The translations under genes were made by a program, and so were the position numbers. A stretch of 59,206 nucleotides of DNA, the filler included, from Squatina squatina (taxonomy: Eukaryota): assembly GCA_031763465.1 (NCBI GenBank). It is 4 parts of 4 records of this genome, joined end to end, with 100 filler letters (N's around TTAATTAATTAA, not from the genome) between each part and the next. Parts side by side here need not be neighbours in the genome. Positions count along the whole stretch, not along the records: positions 1 to 13,190 come from JARFOE010000219.1; 3 more parts are not named here. The stretch is one strand, 5' to 3'. This document shows positions 1 through 11,524 of the stretch, piece by piece. Each line of letters opens with the position of its first letter. The stretch's first letter is position 1. The notes beneath the pieces were generated by a model. That model was not told the origin of the DNA, made no database searches, and worked only from the letters and a program-made list of their open reading frames with translations.

Positions 1-930
1 TTTTTTTAATGTAAAAATAAATGTCTCTGGCCACAGAAGCACAGTCAGTCTTAAAGGAGCTAAATGTTCAGTTAAACAAGCAGCATCTGTATCTTTGGAA
101 CAGAAAAGGGACAAAGTATAGGATCTGGCCTGGCCAAGTAGATCTGCTTACAAAGCTCTTACCCCAGATACTCTTTTCCTGGAAATGTTGTACATTCGTG
201 TACTAAATTCAGTTTATATTTGGGAGTGAATTAAATGCACCAGATTCCTTTCAGTGAGGAATCTGTACTGTGGTAAGACTCTTATTTCAATCTTTGTTTC
301 TTATAAAGGGGCAGTGGCTTTTTTTTTTGGCTCTGAGGCACACCGCATAAACAATATTTCCTTTTTTTATGGTAAGTTATTTTCTGAATGATTTGAAATA
401 ACTGAAACAGCAAGAAATTTTATTTCCTAAAGTTGCGGCACTTCTTGCTTCAAAACTTTGGGTGGCATGAAAGGAAGACAGCCAAGGAGGTTAAAGGGGA
501 GGGAGTTAATGCCAAAGGAAAAATAAATAACGGTGGAATAATATCCAGAGAAAAGTTTTATCTTTGGGATCGTTCTGTTTCGTTAAACTGTTTGCAGAGT
601 CTCACCTCAGGGTGGGTCGGAGAAGATTAATTTTATAAGTGATATTTTTATCCACACTATCTATTAATTGTTTACAAGACAAGTCATAACCAACACAAAA
701 TCATATCAGGTCAGGTTTTGGTGTGGGAACACGAAGAGTTCATTCTCTGGAACCTTCCATCACATGTGCCAATCTGTAATCCCCTGGGTCCAAGCTTTTA
801 TTAATATATCTGCAGCCAGATGTCTTGTGTCAGCTGCAACATCGCTGTGTAAATGTAAACAAATCCTCTTTATCAGTTAAAACCAATGCACTAATATATA
901 TTAATAAGTATATGTGTGAAAAGAAAAAAA

Positions 931-1045
931 CAAACTTGCATTTATATAGCGCCTTTCACAACCTCAGGATGTCCCAAAGTGCTTTACAGCCAATGAAGTA
1001 CTTTTTTGGAGTGTAGTCTCTGTTGTGACGTAGGAAATGCGGCAG
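931..1045 (-). mobile_element. DeuSINE (SacSINE1-like) 3' end
   Basis: Reverse complement ends GTGAAAGGCGCTATATAAATGCAAGTT; highly similar to 14591-14705. Confidence 0.75.
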
Positions 1046-2469
1046 NNNNNNNNNNNNNNNNNNNNNNNNNNNNNNNNNNNNNNNNNNNNNNNNNNNNNNN
1101 NNNNNNNNNNNNNNNNNNNNNNNNNNNNNNNNNNNNNNNNNNNNNAGCGATTTTGCATTAACAGTTGTTGAATTCTGAAGTAAATTTACCATTTTTATGC
1201 CAATAAAAATATTTGTGTCTTTCCATGTATAAAGCGCCACAAGTGACTATCTACTGTTTACTTCCCAACTCTCCACCCACACATTGGCAGCTATTGAGCC
1301 ATTTTATCTCCAGGCTTGCCTAAAAAGGCTATTTGTATGTTTGTGTGAGTAATTTTGAATAGAGCACTGTGCAGACACTGAGCTATAGCCAGAAGTTTAC
1401 AAAAGTTCAGCTCTTTTCAGCCACACTGAGCACTCGTCTCAAAGCAATTGTGGAACAGTTACTTTATGTATTCTGGACCCCTTCCTGTTTGACTCTTGTT
1501 GCTATTTGCGGCACATCTTGTAGACACAAAGTTTTCTTCTGTGAAGTATCCAGGGTTAGTGGCCAATTTAGGCCCCCTTTATATCACAGCTCTTCCATGA
1601 TTGGCAGCCCCTATTACTGCAGCAATATTAAGGGACGGCTGGCTGAGTAGAGACACGCCTCAAGAGGCCGTGTTTACTTGCGCTTCTCTGCTGACAGGAG
1701 TGTAAATTGCTGCTGTCGGCAGCACTGGCGACCATTTGTTTTCTGACCTTTAGTGACCTGAAAACTCAGCCTGCCCAATCAGGACAGCCGTGCAGTTTTC
1801 ACATTTATGCAAATTTATGCAAAACCATTGGGGATTGTTACTTTTCAATAACTGCATGTGTGCAATGTATTTTCTCCACTGGTACTGTGCATCCGGCCTT
1901 GTAAATAAAGCCAGCTCCATTTGCAGCAGGTGCTCCAGCACAGTGNNNNNNNNNNNNNNNNNNNNNNNNNNNNNNNNNNNNNNNNNNNNNNNNNNNNNNN
2001 NNNNNNNNNNNNNNNNNNNNNNNNNNNNNNNNNNNNNNNNNNNNNTACAACCGCCCCTCTTGCCTGGTTTAGCACTCCAAGAGATGTCGTATCACTTGAT
2101 TTCACACGACACTTCCCTCCTGGAGTGCGAAACTGGAAGTTCACGTACGCTGGAAACGGGTAGCACTCCCGCAAAAGTTATCACCCCAAAGGGGGCGCTA
2201 TGCAATTTCTAGCCCTAAATGTCCATTGCACTGCCACCTACAGGTGTAACAGGTACTGCAGGTGCATGTTAACACTCTTAAAATGGGTTTTCACATTAGC
2301 AAAAGTCTGACATGAGAGTTTTCAATGCATTTAAGCTGGTACACATATATAACGAGATTTGCAAGTTCCACCCCAAGAAGACACAAAAAACAGTGGAAAG
2401 CTTTATACTCTTTCAGCAAATGGGTGCCAAACGTGAATAAATGTAATAGATTTCACCAAAACATGCACC

Positions 2470-2621
2470 GGGGCTGAAATTCCCCTACTTTCTCGCCCCG
2501 TCTCACTCCTGCCACCGTATCACGAATACCACGGCAGGTGCTCAGTTCCGGGAGCTGGCACAAAAAATACCGGCCCCGGAGCTTTACCACCCCATGGACA
2601 CCCCGGAGGAATTTCACCCCC
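2470..2621. mobile_element. Short MITE, probably PIF/Harbinger-type
   Basis: TIRs GGGGCTGAAATTCC...GGAATTTCACCCCC (13 of 14); flanks acc/atc. Confidence 0.7.
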
Positions 2622-2819
2622 ATCATATTTAAAATAAAAGCAAATTATCATTAGACTGAAAGGGAATGCAATATTAAAAGCAGATAACAATTTCAGGTTG
2701 TACAGCAGCTGCTGTACCACTGTACTCTAAACATTAAGATTTGAGTAAGCCATATTTTTTATTAATCGGTTTACTTACTAATATGGGAACATAACTCCTA
2801 TGAACTTTTTCCTTTGCAG

Positions 2820-2987
2820 GATCATGCTTTCCCTCTTTGAGACCAACAGACACAGTTTTCAAAGTAATATTTTGGATGGGTTACTCTAACAGTTGTGTAA
2901 ACCCCATTATTTACTCTTGCTCCAGTAAAGATTGCTTGGCAGGAATTTCTCCAACTCCATAAAATTAAAGGCCACAAAAATCCATAG
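2820..2987 (+). pseudogene. Alpha-1 adrenergic receptor (ADRA1-like) last coding exon, frameshifted; antisense within the CSGALNACT1 intron
   Basis: Acceptor tttttcctttgcAG (2818-2819), then phase-1 (G)GA: [38 protein letters not shown], versus recalled ADRA1D [38 protein letters not shown]. Contains the NPxxY motif and starts at the conserved alpha-1 intron position after TM6. In-frame stop TAA at 2960-2962; the +1 frame from 2937 gives helix-8-like [16 protein letters not shown] (TAG 2985-2987). Confidence 0.85.
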
Positions 2988-3783
2988 TGGGTGCATCCCA
3001 ATAAAACTACGAAGATATGCCTGCTAGGAACTCCACTGCTGACCCTGATGCAGTTTCTGGCCTCAGTAGGAAGTTGTCTCATTAGCCAGTCAATGACTGG
3101 GGCTCATCTAAAATAGCTGCCTGTCAAACACGACAGAAAGCCTAGCTAAAGATTACCCAGGCTGGGGGAGATTCTGGTTTCCTCAGAAAGAAGAAGGAGT
3201 GCGGGAATCCCGCCAGGTAAAAGGAGGCGAATATGGCCGGATCCATGAGGTAAGTGCATTTACAGCACTGCTGTGGGCCAGGCCCAATAAACCCACAAAA
3301 TCGGAGCCCCACCCTCCAATGGTCTCTGATCCCCACCACCCTCGAAGCCTCCGATTCCCCCACCCGACCCATGAGGCCTCCGATCCACCCTCCAATCTTC
3401 GGCCCTGGCCTCGATCCTCCCTCCGGTCCCCTGCCTTCCCCCCCACCCCCCATCTCCCCCAGCCTCCGACACCCGCTCTGGCCCCCTGACCACCACTCCA
3501 GCCATCCTCCTTCGGGCCTCCAATCCCAACTCCAGCCCCTGACCATTCCTCCAGCCACCTATATTATTTGGACTTTTTTGTAGCTTTAAGTAGTGTTATA
3601 AATGATCAGTTTTTATGAGACAAACTATTGGGGTCAATAAACTACATAACCCTGGAAACTGCACATTGTGTTGTCATAAAAACATATTCCTCTCTGCTAT
3701 TTTAATGGGGGCATTAAACAGTTTATTTTAAATAAGTTAGTGCCCTTTTAAAACAACAAAGTCATTTGAGCTGAAGACTTTAA

Positions 3784-4525
3784 GGTGCCCCAATTAGTGT
3801 GCACCAGAATCGCGGGCTGCATTGGTCAGTCTTTTTGCGCCGGCCCCGGAGCAGTGTCTTCTGACCCTCAATTGGGGTCTTTGTGTGGTTTCTAGCTCAG
3901 TGCAACATGGCAGTGCTAACGAAGCGCTGACCTGGCGAGTGCGGCCTAGCGTCAGCAACATGTCTAGCGCCATGTTGCCAAAGCCAGCGCGCTTGCGTCG
4001 GCAGCGGCCCCACCGCCTGCATTAAAGGGGAGGGCCACTGGCTGAGGCAATGGAGCCATGGGGTCCACCACTTGGTCACCAAGGAGCCGGGTGGTAGGGA
4101 CGGGGGTGCAAAAGGCTGCCACGCCAGAGGCGCTGGGGGCCAATTGGCCGTCATACATCGTCCGATATGGAAGTCGGCCGATGTAAAAAAAAACAAAAGC
4201 TGGCTGACTGCATTAGCACCTCCCCTTTAACAACGGCAACGTTGGCAACGGCAGGTTGAACCTGTCACTGCCAACGATGTGGGCCTCGCCGGTGAATCGC
4301 GGACCAATTCTGGCCTTGGCTTGCCAGCGACGCATATGGGGTCGGCGGGCGACTTGATGACAGTGCGCGCCGTACCCCGGTGCCAGTGGCATCCCCGATG
4401 ATGAGGCCTTTGCGCTGCCGTGGTGCCATCACAAATCCAGGGGGACAGGAAAAATTTCCCCTAACGCTGCTTTAGCGCCCAGCTAGCACCATTTTATGGC
4501 ACTAAAATAGACCAATTGGGTGGCC
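3784..4525. mobile_element. GC-rich non-autonomous DNA element, PIF/Harbinger-like
   Basis: Ends GGTGCCCCAATT...AATTGGGTGGCC; CpG-rich relative to the flanks; similar termini near 19001, 42298 and 52310. Confidence 0.55.
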
Positions 4526-4665
4526 TTTGTGCTTTATTTGGTAATCAAAGATTTTGAACAGTGTTGGTTTCTGCCCTAAAATATTGGCCTTGTAACGGTT
4601 GACTGATGCTTAACATCTATGTTGTACTGTGTATCTGTAATTATAATTATTTCTTCCTTCTGCAG

Positions 4666-4799
4666 AGATAGAATTCATTGAGGATGTTGTGCCAGAACAT
4701 GACCTGTGCCCTGAGATCTCTGGCTGTAATCTGCTAAATAGGCAGTGCGTCTGTGAAATCGTACACTCCTGTGTCAACCTGTTCACGTATCCTGATCTG
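4666..4799 (+). CDS. CRIM1 (cysteine-rich motor neuron 1)-like exon, homologous to the post-IGFBP exon 2; 3' end lost in a gap; coding status uncertain
   Basis: Acceptor atttcttccttctgcAG (4664-4665), phase 1, open to the gap: (E)IEFIEDVVPEHDLCPEISGCNLLNRQCVCEIVHSCVNLFTYPDL. Same spacing GC-x6-C-x-C-x5-C-x-N-x-F-x-[FY]-P as recalled CRIM1 AGCNIINGKCECNTIRTCSNPFEFP. Confidence 0.7.
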
Positions 4800-4899
4800 N
4801 NNNNNNNNNNNNNNNNNNNNNNNNNNNNNNNNNNNNNNNNNNNNNNNNNNNNNNNNNNNNNNNNNNNNNNNNNNNNNNNNNNNNNNNNNNNNNNNNNNN

Positions 4900-5577
4900 C
4901 TCGCAGCATGAATCCACGATCTCATCTCCCTCATTTGGGAGGAGAAGAGCATGCCAGGAGATCTCAGAGATGCTATAATCGTGACCATCTTTAAGAAAGG
5001 AGACAAGTCCAATTGTGGAAACTACAGAGGGGTCTCCCTGCTGTCCGCCACAGGGAAGGTCATCACATGAATCCTCCTCAATCGTCTCCTGCCAGTGGCT
5101 GAAGAGCTCCTCCCCGAGTCGCAATGCGGTTTCCGCCCCTCCAGGGGTAAACAGACATGATTTTCAGCACACGCCAAATCCAAGAAAAGTGCAGGGTGCA
5201 ACATCAACCTCTGTACATGGCCTTCTTCGACCTTACGACGGTCTGCGAATCTGTCAACCGGGAGGGATTATGGAGTGTTTTCCTCNNNNNNNNNNTCAAG
5301 GAAGGCTGTGTCATTGCACCGACGCTTTTCTCCATCTTCCTCGCTGCAACACTCCATCCCGTCTCTATGAAGCTCCCCATTGAAGTCGAGCTAATCTTCA
5401 GAACAAGTGGGAAACTCTTCAACCTCCAGTCTAAATCCAAGGTCACCCCAACCACCGTCACCCAGCTGCAATATGCAAATGACATATGCGTACACTCGGA
5501 GGCTGAGCTCCAATCCACCGTCGACATATTCACTGAGGCATATGAGAGAATGGGCCTCACACTGAACATCCGCAAGA
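4900..5577 (+). mobile_element. RTE-clade non-LTR retrotransposon, reverse transcriptase fragment (decayed)
   Basis: Frames give DAIIVTIFKKGDKSNCGNYRGVSLLS, EELLPESQCGFRPSRG, DMIFSTRQIQEKCRVQHQPLYMAFFDL, KEGCVIAPTLFSIF and LQYAND (YADD-like), with frameshifts. Confidence 0.88.
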
Positions 5578-5677
5578 NNNNNNNNNNNNNNNNNNNNNNN
5601 NNNNNNNNNNNNNNNNNNNNNNNNNNNNNNNNNNNNNNNNNNNNNNNNNNNNNNNNNNNNNNNNNNNNNNNNNNNNN

Positions 5678-5935
5678 CACAAACAGCAATGAGATAAATG
5701 ACTGGTGATGTTGGTTGAGGGATAATTATTGGCCAGGATATCAGGAAGAACTCCCCTTCTCTTTGAATAGTGCCATGTGTTCTTTTACATCCACTTTGGG
5801 GGGTAGACGGAGAACCTCCAAATGTACTACACTGAGGTGTCCGCCTAGATAATGTGCTCAATTCTTTTGAGTGGTACTTGAACCCACAACTTCTGACTCA
5901 GGGGTGAGCATGCTACCATGGAGCCACGACTGACA
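5678..5935 (-). mobile_element. DeuSINE (SacSINE1-like) 5' part
   Basis: tRNA-like head (reverse complement GGTTCAAGTACCAC) and Deu-like core (reverse complement GGATGTAAAAGAACACATGGCAC); matches the 14591 and 23463 copies. Confidence 0.75.
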
Positions 5936-8204
5936 GTTAGTTAATAAATGATACCAAAGTCAAGGGTTTCAGGACTTAGCTGATTACAGCTGTGAATTAG
6001 AGCTGTTAACTTTGAAAACTAAATTCTGTTTCCCATTATATAGGCAATTCATTATCCAATTTACTACTTCCTCCTTGATCCCAAGAGCTTTCCCTTCAAC
6101 CAGAAGTCTCATTAATGCTTAATTATTCAAATAATTAAATATCTCAAAAATACATCGATTATATGCTATGATATTTGAATTCTAAAATTCAACTATTTCA
6201 TGAAGGTGTAGTTAATTTTGTGCAAGTTGGATTCACAACAGAACTGCTGTTTTTATTAAGTATAAATTTTATAGACACATGAGGCACTTAGCTATTTTAC
6301 ATTACAAGGCTGTAAAATCTATGCTAAGTGCCTCAGCTGCCTTCAAATTATGGTCAAAGTCACAGACTAAGACAAAGACCAGGAAAGGTATTACAACACA
6401 TTATTGGAACAAAATGAGAAACTGTTTTGTTTAAATGGTTAAAAAAATCTACAGGCAAACAGTCAAAAGCAATTAAAATGTAGTTATTACATCATATGTC
6501 TGCCCATGAATTTAGTTTAAAATGTTGCTACATACTGGAGTCCCAAGTTATTTACTGGTGTTTTTAGGGAGAGTGGGAATGGTCTGCTTTCTTGGAACTA
6601 ACCATCAAAATGGAAAGTTGTGACTCACCCTTGTAGTTACAATAGAATTCTTCATAGTCTCTAAAATTTGTGTGGAGTTTATTTATATTACACAATCTCT
6701 TGCTGAAGTTAAGTTTTTTTTAGTGCTAATGTTAGAAAAATCTGGTTGATTTATCTTGCTATTATGCATCTGACATTCTTTTGAAACTGTTATAACCATT
6801 GTAATTTCCTAAATAGAGCACAATTCTGTTGGACTGCACTGTTAATAACTGTTGAACTATGTTTGAGTAAGGGACCCAAAACCCATCCCGGTTTCTTATG
6901 TAAACCACCTGAGTGGTGAGAAGTGCCAGCATTTCTGTTGACAATGCTTCTTCAGGGACCAGCAGNNNNNNNNNNNNNNNNNNNNNNNNNNNNNNNNNNN
7001 NNNNNNNNNNNNNNNNNNNNNNNNNNNNNNNNNNNNNNNNNNNNNNNNNNNNNNNNNNNNNNNNNTTCTAGCCTTGAGAGTTTGTTTAAAATCTGCATGG
7101 ACAGGCACCATTGGGAAAAAGTCCTGACGTAGTCTTGAATATGGATTTGGCATAGTCCCAATCAATCATACAAACCATGAAATGTTTATCTGTATGCAAC
7201 AAATCTGCTGGAAAATAGTGAAATTGCACAATGCCAAATATCACTGGCTTCTGGGGGACATGGCCCAGCAACCCCCATCCCCATTTTAAATAAGAACCTT
7301 ATGCATTTGGCACTCTCATCTCCTTTATTCATCCCCCAATCTGCCTCTGCATAAATACATGCGGGGGGTGGGGGTGGTCTGTGTGTGTGTGTAAAAATGC
7401 ATTTTTGTTTTGCAGGCTTCAGAGTGAAACCAGCTCTCCATTTCTGGATCATATAGTAGGTTGAGAAGACCTTTGTAATCTCAGCATTAAAAATGAGAGA
7501 ATATGTGTTATGCTATGGATGCTCTTTATGTATGCGAACTGTGAGACAGAGTGTCTCGAATATTTGTTTTGCTGCTGTTTTCTTTTCTATTGGTACGTCT
7601 CGATGCTAAGAGTTTAGAATCAACCCTTCATCCTAAAATGTCTTTATAGTCTGAACTTTTACAAGCATAACATTGAATAGAATTGTGTTATAACTTATCA
7701 TTGGCAGTCATTCAATTTGGAATGACTTACATGAGAATTAGCTCTGAGATCCCTATGTGTACTGACCATATAATACCAGAGGAGTTACCAAACCACAGGG
7801 AATGGCAGCACTGAAGCTGCTTTGTTCTTTGCTGATCTTGTTCCAAAGGCAGTTAGTGAACAGAACGTACATTGTATGGTTTCTTGTAGAAGGGTAAACC
7901 TGAATTGACAGTGTGTCCTCTCAGACCACCAGACAGTGGGTAACAGCACAGCTCTTCAGTTGCAGATTGTATGCCTAATAGACCATGGGCTTAATAAATC
8001 TGAGTGCAAGGAAGATCTTTTTAAACTGCTGTCACTTGTCCTTCCATTTTATAGTGATGACAAAAATTGCTGCTGCACATATGGAGCAAATATTCATTTA
8101 NNNNNNNNNNNNNNNNNNNNNNNNNNNNNNNNNNNNNNNNNNNNNNNNNNNNNNNNNNNNNNNNNNNNNNNNNNNNNNNNNNNNNNNNNNNNNNNNNNNN
8201 AAAG

Positions 8205-8536
8205 TAGATTATCTTTGTGATGGAAGCTCAGCTCGGGGTCAAATAGAATATTGAGGTTGCAGACGATCTGGTTCAACAAGAGACTGTGACTGGGGAGGGG
8301 AACTGAGTTTGGGGCAGGGGCTGAAGACCATGGCTTCATTCTTCCACAAAATTTGTGGCTTCTCCAAGGCTGGATGTCTGATGAGCAGTCTGACAGCATA
8401 GAGACAGTGGAGTGATTGAAAGTAGTGTTGGAAAGGTAGAGCTAGAGGTAATTAGAGATAGGGAGGGGCAAGGCCTTGCACAGATTTAAAGATGAGGACA
8501 AGGTGTCTGTGGATGATGTTGCCAAGGGGAAGCACT
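8205..8536 (-). mobile_element. L2 LINE ORF2 fragment (internally deleted)
   Basis: Minus-strand translation SVPLPSHSLLLNQIVCNLNILFDPELSF and LSDCSSDIQPW, typical of the L2 post-RT region. Confidence 0.7.
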
Positions 8537-11524
8537 GACTAGGAAGATTTGATCATCATCCCTTATTTAGACAAGCATGTCCAGATCAATAATGAACATA
8601 TCCCACTGAATGGGTTTTCTTCCCCATTTCTTCCCTCATGGTCTGAAAGTGCAAACTGGCATGTGCTTGCTGCCCTTTCATACCTCACCAGGTGGCTAGT
8701 CTTCATAAATTAACTTTGATAGTGACAGTTGGTGGGCTTTTTGACAGATTAACGCAGCTGAAAATGATTCTATCCTCTTTTAAAACACATACACTTCTGA
8801 CAAAGGACACTCAAGTAATGGCCCATCACAATTCCAATTGAGATCAGCTAACTTCACGCAGATCAGAGATAGAACTTTGGACCCTCCTCACCATTGTGGC
8901 AGAGTACCATGCTGTGAATTTACCAACTGAAGTATTTAGAAGCCTCTTTATTATGTATTTTTTATACTATTGTTCAGTTGTATACAAACTTCAATCTCAT
9001 TTATGTTTTATTACAGCTGTTGTCAAAGGGTTAACTGTTATCTTTGGTATATTGTTCCAGAAATACTTGAAAAATGGCCCTTTCTAAACCTTCAGGGCCA
9101 CAAAATTTAAGCTGGTTAAACGCAGCAAATAATTAGCACAAATCGGACTCGGTTACTTGGGCTTCAGTGGACAGATTGCCAGGGCTTGGGAGCCACAGTT
9201 TGAACATACTTGCTTTATAGCACCCACTGCTGAGATGTTGTCCAGCGGCCTAATGGAAACTTAAGTCGCTCTCCTAAATTCATGTGGAGTATAATCACAT
9301 TTTTAACAGGGCAGTCGATTTTCATTGTTTCTTCGAAATCCCCTTCTTTCTTCCCCATTTTATGGGTGAAGACAATAGCCAAACATTTTTTTTTAATTAA
9401 GTGTTTAAGAAATGGAAGTGGTGCCAATTCTCAAAGCCAGCACTTACCCTGTATAACTGCTAAAATTGTAGTAAGTTCATGTCCCTTTAATATATTACTG
9501 AAGCTGCAGATTGTTACAGTGCCCCTGGGAATTCAATTTATGAATACTTTGAATCTGGTTTGGGTGATGACCAGCTCAGTAAGGAAAGCAAGGTCTGCTT
9601 TGGCCAAGGTTCAGTACAGATGCTTTACACATTCAAGCATAATGTTAGTCAAAGCAGGGGAATCAATGGGCACATTGTATGGCATATGCAAGCTTTAATC
9701 CTCTATTTACATCACACCATCCTTTGCAATTCTGTGAGGATGTTATCGACTATTTTTTGAATATGTTCAGAAGGCTTCTGTTGATGTGAGTGGCCCTCTT
9801 CCCCCAAGTTGTAGAACATTTTCTAGTTCCAACCAAAGTCAACTAGATCTGCAACATTTTAACTTGTTCTCGAATTGAAGTATGTATCTAAACCACTTTT
9901 ACAAAACTGTAAATCTCTACCTCCTTCAATCTTCCCTTTGAACTTTCTTCTCTTCTTCCTCCTAAAATCCAATTACCCCATCCTACTCGCTCTTCCTCCT
10001 TCCTGCAACACCATCTCCTTCCCTAACATTCATACAATGAATGATACAGCACAGGAGGCCATTCAGCCCATCGTGCCTGTGCCAGCTCTTTGGTAGAGNN
10101 NNNNNNNNNNNNNNNNNNNNNNNNNNNNNNNNNNNNNNNNNNNNNNNNNNNNNNNNNNNNNNNNNNNNNNNNNNNNNNNNNNNNNNNNNNNNNNNNNNTT
10201 GCAAAATAGATGCATACAAAATTACTTTAAGAAACATCGGCTTTTGAACTTAATTTTGTATCACAAAGAGGAGTGCCAACTTTTTTTTTTAAACGATAGG
10301 TAAATATATACATGGGCTGGTAAAGTGGGAATGATTTCCAGTTTGATCAGCTCGAGCATTTACTCTGAGGAGAAATGGCCTTTGGAGTGGAAAGGGAGAT
10401 GGTTTACAATTACCAAGCACATTAGATAAATGTCTTGTATTTGAATTGGCCAGTTGCTGGAACCATACCTGACAGTGTCACTTTAAATATGTGTGCATTG
10501 CCATAAAAGATTGCTTATCCAAACTGACCACATAGCTAGAGAAAATGTTTTGTTAGTAGACAAAGACATGTGGGATCCTACTGCATTTTTGAATTGTTTC
10601 AAGTAGAGAAATTAATAGACGTGCTACATATTTTAACAAACTACCCTACATTTCATTACAAAATTTAGAACAGCTTCTAAGTAATCCAATAAAAAAGACC
10701 TTTATAATGAATCAGAAAATGGTTGGCAACCAACACAGTATTAATGCAGAGCGATTTAAGAACGAAATGACTTTGTACAGTTTTGTCCCTGAATATTCAT
10801 CTGTAAGGTTAGTTTTGTTCTTGGTAAAGTTAATTGAACTGGGCTGAATTAGTCGACACAAACCCCATTCCCAGACATACTGAAAATTTTTGTGTTGATA
10901 AATAGTTCCTTTTTTTTTAACGTAAATATTCCTTGGTAAATGGCTAATATACCACTGCTCCATGTAATTTGCTTTCAGTTAGCAGTTCAGTATGTAATTT
11001 AATGGGAGCACTTTATACCTCCATACCTAATACGTTCAAATAATTGGGAACTGCAAAGATATATAGGCGTAGCATGTGATTAGCAGCTGATGTGGAAGAT
11101 GAGCTGGGAGCTTGGGAGAGGGGGGAAAAAGCAGCAGGACTCTGAAAGCAGCTTCACAGGGGCACTTCATCCAAGCTGAAATTGATAAAGGGAGAGAAAA
11201 ACCCTTTTATTTCCCAAAACTTGTCAAATGATCATGAAAACTACAAAACTATTTAGTGCACTGGCACCAGACATCTTGTTGCTATGCCGCACCTGCCAGA
11301 GGAATTTGACAGTCCTAAAGAAATTGCCTTGTGTATATGTAAGGCCCTATACTCCATACACCACAAATAAATAGTGTGATCTTCTCTGAATGTAGGTTAA
11401 ATTCTCATGACCTACCTTTTGAACCTTTTGTCACTTTTCCATTTTCCAAACCCACATCTGTTTGGCTCTAGAATTCCAACTTAACCATATCCAACTGAAA
11501 TGCCACATGGACAGATGCCAAATA

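Noticed and set aside
1369-1752. Plus-strand frame with scattered alpha-1 receptor exon-1-like words (TRLKAI, YHSSSMIGSPY, GRVY, WRPF) upstream of the ADRA1-like exon
   Set aside because: Spacing between the anchors disagrees with TM4-TM6 at almost every step, and similarity is far lower than in the 2820 exon. Probably chance; a profile-HMM or tblastn search would decide.
1560-1830. CCAAT boxes and an ATGCAAAT octamer
   Set aside because: Short motifs with no linked transcript start or other support.
3142-3583. Overlapping Pro/Gly-rich ORFs on both strands (also 17026-17620 and 18970-19490)
   Set aside because: They arise from GC-rich repeat elements or CT microsatellite; no recognisable protein family.
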